A program made the translations under genes and the position numbers. A DNA stretch of 64,000 nt from positions 21,948,001 through 22,012,000 of the forward strand of contig NC_043010.1 in NCBI RefSeq assembly GCF_006345805.1, read 5' to 3'. Below are positions 13,461 to 25,547 of this stretch, one piece after another. The notes under the pieces are model-generated. The model had not been told where the DNA came from. It saw nothing but the letters and a program-made list of their open reading frames with translations, and searched no databases. The stretch comes from Octopus sinensis. Taxonomy: Eukaryota. Numbering within the stretch: the stretch's first letter is position 1; each line of letters opens with the position of its first letter.

Positions 13461-13467
13461 TATATCT

Positions 13468-13878
13468 CTTTTACTCTTTTACTCTTTTACTTGTTTCAAT
13501 CATTTTGACTGTGGCCATGCTGGAGCACCGCTTTTAGTCGAGTAAATCGACCCTGGGACTTATTCTTTTGTAAGCCCAGTACTTATTCTATCGGTCTCTT
13601 TTGCCGAACCGCTAAGTGACGGGGACGTGAACACACAAGCATCGGTTGTCAAGCAATGCGAGGGGGACAAACACAGACACACAAACACACACACACACAT
13701 ACGTATATATATATATATACGACAGGCTTCTTTCAGTTTCCGTCTACCAAATCACTCACAAGGCATTGGTCGGCCCGGTGCTATAGCAGAAGACACTTGC
13801 CCAAGATGCCACGCAGTGTGACTGAACCCGGAACCATGTGGTTGGTTAGCAAGCTACTTACCACACAGCCACTCCTGC
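13468..13878 (-). mobile_element. SINE family A, full length
   Basis: Reverse complement runs from GCAGGAGTGGCTGTGTGG to the (AGTAAAAG)n tail. Confidence 0.92.
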
Positions 13879-14271
13879 GCAGGAGTGGCTGTGTGGTAAG
13901 TAACTTGCTTAGCAACCACATGGTTCCGGGTTCAGTCCCACTGCGTGGCACCTTGGGCAAGTGTCTTCTACTATAGCCTCTGGTCGACCAAAGCCTTGTG
14001 AGTGGATTTGGTAGACGGAAAATGTAAAGAAACCCGTCGTAATTATGTATATATACATATGTGTGTCTGTGTGTGTGTTAGTCTGTCTGTTTTTGTCCCC
14101 CTAACATCGCTTGACAACCGATACTAGTGAGTTTACGTCCCCGTAACTTAGCGGTTCGGCAAAAAGAAACCGATAGAATAAGTACAAGGCTTACAAAGTA
14201 TAAGACCTAAAAGGTGGTGCTCCAGCATGGCCGCAGTCAAAAGACTGAAACAAGTAAAAGAGTAAAAGAGT
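13879..14271 (+). mobile_element. SINE family A, full length, joined head-to-head to the previous copy
   Basis: GCAGGAGTGGCTGTGTGG...GGTTCAGTCCC...ACCTTGGGCAAGTGTCTT...tail AGTAAAAGAGTAAAAGAG. Confidence 0.92.
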
Positions 14272-14790
14272 ATATATATAAATATGTAACAGTCAAGGTA
14301 TTCATTTCTATTTTATTCACCGGTTTCGAAATCTGGCCTTCGTAAATATTATGGATAGTATCTTTTATTTAAAGTAAATGTCTAAATGGTTAAGAGTCGA
14401 TTTCTTCACTCAGCTAAGACTAATTGTCTATATACTCTGCTAGAATATCATTCGGCCGGTACTTATGTATCAGGTTTGATATTTACTTAATGTCTGTGTA
14501 TATTATTCCAACTTAATTTAAGTACCCAATTCAACTGAATCATACTCATATCTTTATATTTATACTTCTAAGATGGGATAAATTTTTTCAAAAGATTTCA
14601 TCAAGTGCCCAGCATATTAAAATATCTTTTAAGGTGAAAATTATAAACAATTATACATAAAGGCAAAAGAAAAAAATCTGTTCGCTTGTTTACTTCGATT
14701 CAACACGATGTGTATTTATTGTGATATATATTGTATGTTCTGATTGACGATTTAAAGTCTGTTTCTGAGCATATTGGCATATATATATAA

Positions 14791-14914
14791 TGTAAATTTA
14801 AACACAAGAGGAAACTACCTTTAATAGCTAATTTTTACACACTAGAAGAAGCAGTCAAAACGACCAGTCAAAATTACCTGTTAAAGGTAGCTTTCTCTTG
14901 TGCTTAAATGTACA
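14791..14914. mobile_element. 124-bp MITE-like element with 37-bp imperfect TIRs
   Basis: 14791-14827 tgtaaatttaaacacaagaggaaactacctttaatag matches the reverse complement of 14878-14914 with 5 mismatches. Confidence 0.65.
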
Positions 14915-15037
14915 CTATTTTACATTGAGAATATTTTGTCTATTGACTTTTTATACATGCTAGGCCACAAGTGGTGAAATTTCTAAGAATATTCGCTACC
15001 CTATATATCTTACATATAAATATATATATATATATAT

Positions 15038-15096
<59 letters not shown>

Positions 15097-15455
15097 GTAT
15101 ACACATATACATAATCCCCTACTAAACATGTTTTTTTTAAAACCAGTCTCTTTGCTGTACACATATATAATCGTCACCCATTACCGAAAGCCGAACAGTT
15201 ATCTCCCTTACACGCAACAATAACAATAATAACAACCAATTACCTCCCTTTATTTGTCTACTTGTGAAGTCATTCACTCGTGAATTTCATCACACGCAAC
15301 ATGGACGAAATTTCTTCTTAAGAAAAAATATATATTCAAATAAATTAAACATAAAATCATGAATAGCGATAGTGAAACCGGTCGATATATTATAAAAATA
15401 ATATTAAAACCATGTAAGTGTGCGTATTTTCCTTTTTTAATATATATATATATAT

Positions 15456-15571
<116 letters not shown>

Positions 15572-16619
15572 ACAGATAGATAGATGATAAATAGTGCTTA
15601 GTTTCATGACAATAATGTGCCTTGGAAGATATCAATACGAATTTTAGCCAACCCGAAGTTCTGCGACAGAAGTTATCATGATGTATTTGCCCAATACTTA
15701 TGGGCATAATAAAAGGATAAGGTGGGATAATAATCGCACGTTACCATGCTTTTTGCAATGAGCGTATCAGCCGTGCAATACATTTAACTACTTCTAAGCA
15801 TATTACTTCTATATATATACACAGATATTAGAGAGTGAGGTAAGCTGGATCCCTCAATCTGAATATTTAACAGTGGCGAGGCTGTGCGGTCGAATATTGA
15901 ATTACTCACGTCATAACAGATTTTCATTTCGTTTCACTAATGTACGATAGGTGATATCAGCCTATGTATGTGTGTGTATGATGGGTGTGTGTGCGTGTGT
16001 ATGGGTGTGAATTAATATGTATGCATATGTGTGTGTGTGTTTGTGTGCAAGTGTGTTTGTGTAAATGAGTACATGAGTTCGTACGTACGCACGTATGTGC
16101 ACATGTGTGTGCGTATGTGTGTATGTGAGTGACTAAGTGTATGTTTATATATATATATATATATGAATACATATGTATTGATAATGTGTATAGATATCTA
16201 TGAAATTTAGTATAATCAAGGTCCAAGATTGATACAATAGCGAGAGGAATCATTGTAGTCGAGCGAATATATTCAACATAACACACTATACAATAACATT
16301 CTCTGCATAGACTTGTTTTAAAATACTCTCTCGCAAAATACTTTGAAATTGTTATCCGGTTGAGCATTTCTTCATGTTCCAGTAATTTTAAGCCTTGTCT
16401 TGCGATGTTTCTTCATGGATAAGTAATCACTATGTGTTATGATGAAGGATGAATAACATTCAGAGTTTATTCTGTTTGCTAGAAAATTAGTTCTCATTTT
16501 GTTGCGTCTCGGGAGAGTCATTATGACAATATTAACAACACACGCACACGTTCAATTCAACTCATTTATTACAAATACATTGGTTATATATTCAACTAAT
16601 TGAATGTTTGTTTAACTGG

Positions 16620-16850
16620 AATAAACAGTCAACTGCATGTGGACTGTTGATGATTTTTTTCTTCCTACCTCCGTTTTCGTCTTTTTTTTTTCTCTTTTTT
16701 TTTGAACTCTCCCATGTCTCCTGCTTCCGAAGAAGCACATTGGCCGAAACGTAAAACAACCACTCTTTCTTTCTCTCTCTCTGAGCGTACCACGTCCTCA
16801 CGGTGTTGTTTTTTCTTGTCTTTTTCTCCGTTTTTTTATTAATTAATCAT
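16620..16850 (+). mobile_element. ~220-bp cassette with decayed minimal hammerhead, ending in a TA tract
   Basis: TGCTT-CCGAAGA-A-...-GAAACGTA-AAACA at 16722-16758; flanks resemble 25245-25465 and 45197-45415. Confidence 0.65.
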
Positions 16851-16924
16851 ATATATATAATTAGCTTAGGTGTAGCTCTCATACTGTGAATTGTTATAGA
16901 TTAAAAGAATTATATATATATATA

Positions 16925-17960
16925 GGGAAATTTCACAAAAAATCAAAAGACGAACACAGGTGGTGTAGACATCAAGCAGATGCATTAATTTAACGATCGA
17001 GGAGTTAACAATTTTAAAGTTTCGAGCCTACGCTCTTCCACAGAAAGGAACACAGAAAGAAGCAAGGAGGGAAAATAGAGAATGTGTAGTGGCTAGCGAT
17101 CTGTCATGGCGAATGCCGGACAGAGGGGTCACACAGGAGAGCTGGGAAGAAGGGGAGATAATAAAGTAATGGTGATCCCAAAAAGAAGGTAGGCGTGCGT
17201 GTGTATAAGAGAGCATTATGTGGGTGTGGAAGTGGGCTGGTGACCTTGACGTGTGCGTGTGTGTATGTAGGTGTGTGGATGTGCGGATGGGAAGTGGTCA
17301 ATGCTAGTGTGCGCGTGGTGGTGTGATGTGATGTGTTGTGGTGTTGTGTCGTATGGTGGCGTATGGTGTAGTGGTGTGTGGGTGGTGTGATTGTGCTAGG
17401 TTGTGGGGAAGCAGATTGGGGAAACCAAGAGTGGGAAGTATTTTAGGCTGAGTGTGGGGGTAGAAGTGGGATATATGAGTAGGCTAAAGGTGGTGCCAGA
17501 GGTGGTGCATGTGGGTAAGCTGAGGGTGATGGTAGAGGTGGGGTATGTGAGTAGGCTGAGGGTGGGGTTAGAGGTGGGGTATGTGGATAGGCTGAGGGTA
17601 GGTGTAGAGGTGGAGTATTTGGGAGTGGGTGTAAGAGATGGTATGGGGTGGGATGGATAGGGAAGGTGGGGTTGGATTGTGTATGAATGGGGTTACGAGG
17701 GGGGTGACGATGAAGAGAGAGGGGGAAGGGAGAAGGTAGGTAAGAGTGAAGAGAAGAGAGGAGAGTAGGAGTAAAGAGAAGAAGGAGTCGGCACAATAGT
17801 GGAGACGTGGGTGGGAGGAAGTAGGTCTAAGAGAGATAGTGGTCAGAGGGTGTCCACGTCGGATGAAGTGCCGAGCCATGAGTTAAGACTGAGTCTCAAA
17901 GTCATGGTCGTCACTACAGAGCCTGCGTAGACGGAGGAATTGGGAATAGGGGATGGAAGC
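16925..17960 (-). mobile_element. 5'-truncated Penelope-like element remnant with decayed hammerhead in its terminal repeat
   Basis: Minus strand 17950-17840 reads PYSQFLRLRRLCSDDHDFETQS*LMARHFIRRGHP, the PLE RT C-terminal motif. Terminal CUGUGGA-A-GAGC(GUAG)GCUC-GAAAC at about 17048-17014; ends at a TA tract. Confidence 0.8.
17445..17624. repeat. G-rich 36-bp minisatellite, 5 diverged units
   Basis: Units start at 17445, 17481, 17517, 17553 and 17589; consensus about aggctgagggtggggtagaggtggggtatgtgagt. Confidence 0.85.
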
Positions 17961-18077
17961 TTGGTGTGTTTAGGGTGGGAGGAGGAGAAGTTGAGATATG
18001 AGTGTGAGATGTGTGTGTTTGTAGTGGATGGAGGTGGTGTGTATATATCTAATCATATAACGTGGTGTAACGTGGTG

Positions 18078-18130
<53 letters not shown>

Positions 18131-19579
18131 GTGCGTGTATTACTAGCTTCTGCAAATATTCCATTCATCAACTTTCCTCAGGAGCCATTCCTCAACCCCA
18201 AGCAACCATAAGAAACATTTGTCAAATTTCTGCGCAGCAGCATCGGTATCGTATCCATGTGCTGCTGGCAGCCTGGTGAGGGTGATAGGCAATGCTATTC
18301 TTTCAGACCTAATCAATATATTAAAATGCAAATTAAAAACTGTGGTTAAAACAACAACAACATAAAGAACGTCTTAATCACACGGCTGTGCTTAGTGTCT
18401 AATTTTCTTCCTCATTATTATCGTGTTACATTTATTAAACGCCATTGATGCTAAAAAGTTAGTGTCTGTGAAGTTTTCAGCCATTCACGCAATTTTCCAA
18501 TGAGACAAAACTAAAAATGCATTCATCATGAAAAGCAAAATACAAAATCAAAACAAAAATTATTTTGACAAGAAATTCTGAAACATTTTGATGAACTGAA
18601 CATGTTGCGCTAAAATATAATCAGTGTGACAACAACAAGGGTATTGATGGCTCTCGCTTGTAATGTGTGATTCAGAGTCTAGCATGGGGAAAAATAATAA
18701 CTTTATCCTATAAACTATGGTTTTAGTTTCTCTTTTTATAGAAAAGCATCACTTGATGGATTAAGATTTCATAAATATTTAGTAGTGAACGTTAAAACAC
18801 TGGTAACAACCCTAATCAGCGGAATCGGTGTGGTTTTTAAATTCAAATGTATCTATTTTACATGACCAAACACTCTAGCATGTAATCCGTCCATATCCAG
18901 CCCAAGTATTCGACCTGTTTTAATGTTAAACTAGTTCAGAAACATTCTCTAATTATTGAAGACATTGTCTATGCTGATGATGATTTTGAGTTGACGACAC
19001 GATCAAAAGCTCACAAGAAAATAACAGTGAACCACAAAGATATTTATGGTGGAAATATCTGGAAACCTAATACACTGGCTCTTCTTTATAATCTAGAACC
19101 TAAGAAATCTCCCGAGAGAAAGAAATACACTATGCAAGTAGTCAGTAAGACTAAAAAAGCACCTAGACAAAATAAAGGGCCGGGTACACCACAAGCTCTG
19201 AAGATGGTAATGCTTCTAGCCGATCGGAGAATGATTATATGCGGAAATGTAAAGGTTCATGGGGCATACCAGCTCGTGTGGCGCCCATTGTAGACCGCAG
19301 TGATTTAGCAAGTCAATCAGAAAATTTTGCTCTTCAACACAACCATTCCTTTACATCGTCTCCGAAACAGACTGCATTGAGCACACCTACTTTTTATCCC
19401 AACACCAAACTCTCCTGCCAGCAGTTCTGTTAGTATCCGGTCAAGCAGCGACAGCAGTGTGGTCAGCAACAACAACAACATTGACAATACTAACAACACA
19501 CATCCTACAAGGTCATTCTAATAATATACAAATACTCCATTGAAATCTGTTTCCAGAGCAGAATTATTCACATCCCAAA

Positions 19580-19815
19580 GAATTCTTCTCAACGCGTGGC
19601 TATGATGTTCCCCAAATACTTCTGATCGTGCTCAGTAATGCACATATCATCGGCCACTAAGGGACATGCTCAACTGGTTAAGGTCAAACAACTGACAACC
19701 AAATCTGGGGTAGTGAACAGAATACCAAGACAAAACATGTACAAGATTACAATTCCAGTAAGTTAAAATCAGAAGTGGTGGGAACCATTGCCTGGCTTTG
19801 TATTAGGGTATCTAA
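19580..19815 (+). mobile_element. Unclassified ~550-bp repeat, copy 3 (3' part), followed by (TTA)n
   Basis: Reverse complement of about 2054-2310. Confidence 0.7.
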
Positions 19816-19830
19816 TTATTTTAATTATTA

Positions 19831-19917
<87 letters not shown>

Positions 19918-19927
19918 TATTATTATT

Positions 19928-22050
19928 CAGTAGTTTTATTTTTATAGCGTGCTTTCACTTCACTACCGAGCGCAGCTCTGTGTGCCTTGGGTATGTGCTG
20001 TGATTTGTTGTGATGCTCTGATGGTTTTTTTTATTGGAAAGTGTTCTGCGTAGGATGTGTGCAGTGCCTAGTAGTGCAATTTTCTGTATGTTATATGTGT
20101 TTGTAAGTCCTGGTGTTTTTGTTATGTATTTGTCTGAATATTTTTTTATCTGCCTAATGCACCTATGGCTAGATAGGAATTGTTTTCTGTTTTCAGATTC
20201 CACATTCTGGTTACCTCTATTTTCAGGTCTTTGTATTTTGAGAGTTTCTCCATTTCTTTTAGAGACACGTTGTCATCTGCCGGTATTGATACATCAATTA
20301 GAAAGCATTTTTTTTCTTCATGATCTCTGACAACTATATCTGGCCTGTTGGCCTTAATTTTCTATCTGTGTGTATCGGCATATCCCGAGTATGGTTGCTT
20401 TCTCGTTTTCTGTGACCTTTTCTGGTGTGTGCCTATACCAGCTTTTTTCTGTTGTTATTCCATAATGTTGGCATAGCTTCCAATGTATGTAGGTTCCAAC
20501 TCTGTCATGTCTGTGAATATATTCCTTCTTAGCCAGGACTGGGCAGCTAGAGATAATATGATTTATTGTTTCTTGTCCATCTCCACATATTCTGCAGTTA
20601 CTTGTAATATTTCTTTTCATTACATGTTTTTTGTAATTTCTGGTGGGGAGGCTTTGGTCTTGTGCTGCAATTAAAAATCCCTCTGTTTCTGCTTTGAGTC
20701 CTGAGCTTCTCAACCATTGCTGGGATTTTTCTTTGTCTATTTTTTTGTGTTTAGTTTAGTCCAGTATTTACCATGAAGGGGCTTTTCTTGCCATCGTTTT
20801 ATCATGGTTCGTTGCTGTTCTATTTTTATTTGGATTTCATTTGTTTTATAGCTTTTGTTGTTTCTTCTTCATCTTCTTCTTCTTCATGTTTATTAGGTGG
20901 TGGTATGATTTCTTGTTTGTATTTGTCAGCTTCCTTAAATACTGAGAACAGTTTTTTGTTTTGCTCATGTTTTGCCGCTATTTGTATCAGTTTTCCTTCC
21001 TTCTGAAGTAGATATTTTTGCAGTCCTATGGTGGTTATTTTGTAGTAGTTTTCCAGTTGTATAAGGCCTCTATCACTTTCTATACGTTGTATATATAGCC
21101 TTTCTATGTCAGATTTTGGGTGATGCATCCTAGATCCTGTCATTATTTTTCTTGTTTTCCTTTCTATTTTGGTCAGTTCATTTCGTGCCCAGTTAAGGAT
21201 ATTGTAGCTGTAACTTATAACTGGGACAGCTAAAGTGTTAATACCTATTATCTTGTTTTTAGCATTGAGCTCTGTTTTTAGTATTGATCTAACTCGTCTA
21301 TAATATTCTTTTTTTTTATTTTCTCTTTCATTTGTGTGTGTTGAGTCTTATCTAGTTCATGGATTCCTAAGTATTTGTAAGTTTGGTTTTGGTCTAATTT
21401 TTTTATTTCATTGGTTTTATCTAGTGTGATGTTGCTACTCTTAACTAGTTTTCCTCTTTTCATGGTTACTTTGGCGCATTTTTCTAATCCAAATTTCATA
21501 TCTATTTCTTTGGTAAATCCATGAACTGTCTTTAGTAGTGTTTCCTCATCCATATATAAAATGTGGCTGATCGTTTTGCCGTAACATTTATATCCGCATC
21601 CAGTTCTATTTAGTATATCAGATAGAGGTGACAGTGCCAAGCAGAAAAGGAGCGGAGAGAGCGTGTCTCCCTGGAATATTCCTCTTCTAATGGGGATGTC
21701 TTTGGTTTTCATGAGTCCCTCTTTTCTTTGGAGGTGTAGGACTGTTTGCCACTTATTCATAGAGTGCCCTATGAATTTTATGATTGTTGGTGCTACTTTG
21801 TTAATGGCTAGTGTTTCGAGGATACATGTGTGGGGGATGCTATCAAACGCCTTTTTGTAGTCAATCCAGGCCATACTGAGGCCTTTCTTCTTTCTGTGGC
21901 TGTCTTCAGTTATGGCTTTATTAATCATTAGTTGATCTTTACAGCCATATGAGCCTTTGCGGCATCCTTTCTGCTCTTCTGGAAACAGTTTGTTTTCGTC
22001 CAGGTGCTTGTTCAACCTTTGCGATATCACTGCAGTAAATGTCTTAAACA
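19928..22050 (-). mobile_element. 5'-truncated R4/Dong-like retrotransposon (2.1 kb), inactivated
   Basis: ORFs 21278-22051 (EQKGCRKGSYGCKDQL, WIDYKKAFDSIPH, RGIFQGDTLSPLLF), 20826-21143 and 20354-20713 (QDQSLPTRNY..CRIC..ETINHIISSC), then RPDIV and QKIALLGTAHILRRTL. The catalytic YMDD is broken by a deletion (YMDE|ETLL). (TAA)n on both sides in element orientation. Confidence 0.93.
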
Positions 22051-22070
22051 TTATTATTATTATTATTATT

Positions 22071-22290
22071 CAGTAGTTTTATTTTTATAGCGTGCTTTCA
22101 CTTCACTACCGAGCGCAGCTCTGTGTGCCTTGGGTATGTGCTGTGATTTGTTGTGATGCTCTGATGGTTATTGTATGGAAAGTGTTCTGCGTAGGATGTG
22201 TGCAGTGCCTAGTAGTGCAATTTTCTGTATGTTATATGTGTTTGTAAGTCCTGGTGTTTTTGTTATGTATTTGTCTGAATATTTTTTTTA
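22071..22290 (-). mobile_element. 220-bp 3' end of the same R4/Dong-like family, tandem to the 2.1-kb copy
   Basis: Near-identical to 19928-20148; differs mainly in one short stretch (ggttttttttattgg vs ggttattgtatgg). Confidence 0.93.
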
Positions 22291-22317
22291 TTGTTACTAT
22301 TATTATTATTATTATTA

Positions 22318-22431
<114 letters not shown>

Positions 22432-22747
22432 TACTACTACTACTACTACGATTACGGTAGCTGTAGCATTTTTGATCTGATAAACTCGGCTATCAGGTGA
22501 ATATATATATATATATATATATAACCGTCGCACCTACATGAATATACATATAGACGCGTATGTATGTATGCATTTATTTATGCACATATCTATGTACTAT
22601 GTATATATATATATATGTATGCAGATATTTAATTAGATAGTAAATGTATATAGTTTACGTATACATGTATATATATTTGTGTATATATATATATATAATA
22701 TATATATATATATATACACACACATATATATATATTATATATATATA

Positions 22748-22798
<51 letters not shown>

Positions 22799-22835
22799 TA
22801 TATATAATATATATATTATATATATATATATACAT

Positions 22836-25078
22836 ATATCCTCAAACAGGATTGGCCTAAATGTCTCTCCACATCGGACATTAACATGAAACACAAACAC
22901 TTCATGTCCATAATACAAGCCATATGTGACAAATATGTCCCAGTGTGCAGGGCCAGCACACAGAGAAACAAAAACAGGATCCCTAGAGAAAGGAAGATTC
23001 TTATGAATTTTGGGCAAGGATTGCGAACCGCCTGAGCAAGTACACCAAAAGTGGTGAGAAGTCTCGGCTCGAGAGAATACTTATGGAAATTGAGAAAAGT
23101 CTGCATCAGTCTCATGAAAAGGAGAGAGCACATACAGAAGCTTGGGTAATAGAAAATATAAAGTCAAACTCTAAAGCTTTCTTTAAGTTTTCCAAAGAGA
23201 CAACCAGAGTGCACCAGAGAATAGGACCTCTCTTCCAAAAAGATGGCTCTCTCACAGGAAATCCCACGAGGATAAGTGGAATTCTGAACGAACAGTTCCA
23301 AAGTGTGTTCACTACACCTCTAGGACACAGACAAGTAAACAACCCAGAAGAATTCTTTGCCACTTAACCTGCGGCCAAAGAGGCAAAAATTGAGCACATC
23401 AACATTGAAGATGATGATATCACACTGGCCATAGATGAGATTGACACAAACTCAGCTGCTGACCTGATGGATTTCCAGTGATCCTTCTCAAATCGTGTAA
23501 ACGAGCCCTTGCAAAACCGCTACAGCTTCTTTTTCAGAGCTTTCTTGCAAGTGGTAAGCTCCCAGTCAAATTGAAAGATGGGGTAATACGCCCTATCCAT
23601 AAGGGAGGAAGCAGAGCAGATGCTAAAAATTATAGGCCTATCTCTCTGACCTCATACATCCGCAAAGTCAGGGAACGAATAGTCCGCAAGAAACTAATCA
23701 TGTTCCTTGAAGAAAATGACTTGCTGACTGACAACCAGCATGAATTTCCACCAGGTAAGCTGCCTAACACAGCTCCTGCAACACTATGACTGGGTGTTAA
23801 AACAGCTACTAAATGGCTCAAATGTGAATGTGATATATCTCGACTTTGCAAAAGCCCTTGATAAAGTCGACCACAGTATGATTTGTCACAAACTACGTGG
23901 TCTCGGCATAGGCGGAAAACTTGGAGAGTTGCTGCACAACTTCCTAAAAGACAGAAGACAGGCAGTTGTGACCAACGGATCCACCTCCAAGGAAACACAA
24001 ATAACAAGCGGTGTTCCACAGGGCACTGGCTTGGAGCCACTGCTGTTTATAGTGGCCCTTTCAGACATGCCCTCAGTTGCTAAGATGGCCACTCTTGCTA
24101 GCTATGCAGATGACACAAAAGTCTCCCACACAAAAGTCTCCCTGGAAATATTGCACATCTGCAACAGGAGTTGGATACAATATACAGGTGGGCTGAGGAC
24201 AATAACATGCAGTTGAATGCAGGTAAGTTCCAGGCCGTATGATCCCGGCACATAAAGGTAAACGACATACAGACTGGATACACTGGCCCGGGAAGAATTG
24301 CAATCCCTGAGTGCAAATCAGTGCGTGACCTGGGCATTGACATGAGCAATGATGCATCTTTCAAAGTGCATATTACTAATCTGGTGATAAAATGCAGACG
24401 GCTAGCTGGATGGATTCTCCGAACTTTCAGAACAAGAGAGAAGGAGCCACTGATGGTCCTGTGGAAAACTTTCGTCCTTAGCCGCTTGGACTACTGCTCC
24501 CAACTATGGTCACCACACAATATAAAACTAACAGCAGAACTCGAAGCAATTCAAAGACGCTACACAAAGAAGATCGTCTCAATGCAACATATCAGCTACT
24601 TGGAAAGACTGAAAGTATTAAACTTCTTCTCCCTAGAGCGAAGGCGGGAGAGATATCTGGTGATATACATCTGGAAAATCCTGGAGGGTCTTGTCCCAAA
24701 CTTTAAAAGTTACCCCAACTGCAGAACGGGGCGCCACTGCATGGTGCCAAAGATTCCAACATCACCATCAAAATACAGGACCAGATACTGCAACAGCTTG
24801 GGTTTCAGAGGACCACAGCTCTTTAACATCCTCCTTAAATGCCTGAGAGACTTGCATGGTGTGGATGTGGGTTTCTTTAAAACTAAACTGGATCTCTTCT
24901 TGTCGGGGGTCCCAGATGAACCTACCTCACGACAGGAGACACAGATGCAGCCAGCGGCATCGAACTAAGTGCCACGTGTCAGAGGTGGATTCACATATTA
25001 GTGTAGCTCATTCAGCGGTGGTGCCCCAGCATGGCCGCGGCCTTCGGGCTAAAACATTTTTAAGGATTTAAAGATTTA
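22836..25078 (+). mobile_element. 5'-truncated CR1/L2-group LINE ORF2 (RT), frameshifted, flanked by (TA)n
   Basis: NYRPISLTS, VIYLDFAKALDKVDH, SGVPQGTGLEPLLF, YADDTKV, RLDYCSQLWSP, SLERRRERY, FRGPQLFN; 3' UTR stem-loop at 25039-25050. Confidence 0.92.
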
Positions 25079-25094
25079 TATGTACATATATATG

Positions 25095-25148
<54 letters not shown>

Positions 25149-25159
25149 GTATATATATA

Positions 25160-25201
<42 letters not shown>

Positions 25202-25244
25202 TATATATATACACAGAAATATATATTCAGAATATATGTACATT

Positions 25245-25465
25245 CAAAATGTGACCGCTTGTGTACCATCGGCGATTTTTTTTCCTCCGTCTTCTCTTCT
25301 CTGGATCTTTCCTTTACCTATGTTTCCGACGAAGAGCTCCGCTCGAAACGTAAAACCCTCCTTCTTCCCTTCCTTCCTGAGCGTCTAATAATACTATATT
25401 TGTTCCACGTCCTCGCGTTGTTGTGTTTTCTCTTTGTGTTTTCATGTTTGGATTAACTCTCTCTA
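25245..25465 (+). mobile_element. ~220-bp (TA)n-flanked cassette with minimal hammerhead (U4C variant)
   Basis: GTTT-CCGACGA-A-GAGC(TCC)GCTC-GAAACGTA-AAAC at 25322-25356. Confidence 0.72.
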
Positions 25466-25489
25466 TATATATGTATGTGTATGTATGTC

Positions 25490-25547
<58 letters not shown>

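Noticed and set aside
14235-14251. Stem-loop plus GAAAC in SINE A and CR1-like 3' ends as a hammerhead
   Set aside because: No CUGANGA core upstream and no NUH with stem III; better explained as a LINE recognition hairpin.
17403-17660. 85-aa ORF with VEVGY repeats as a structural protein gene
   Set aside because: It is the antisense reading of the 36-bp minisatellite inside a PLE remnant.
18143-18331. Protein-like minus-strand ORF and a CAGCAGCA/TGCTGCTG hairpin as exon or miRNA
   Set aside because: No recognisable domain, a weak donor, and a stem too short and irregular for a pre-miRNA.
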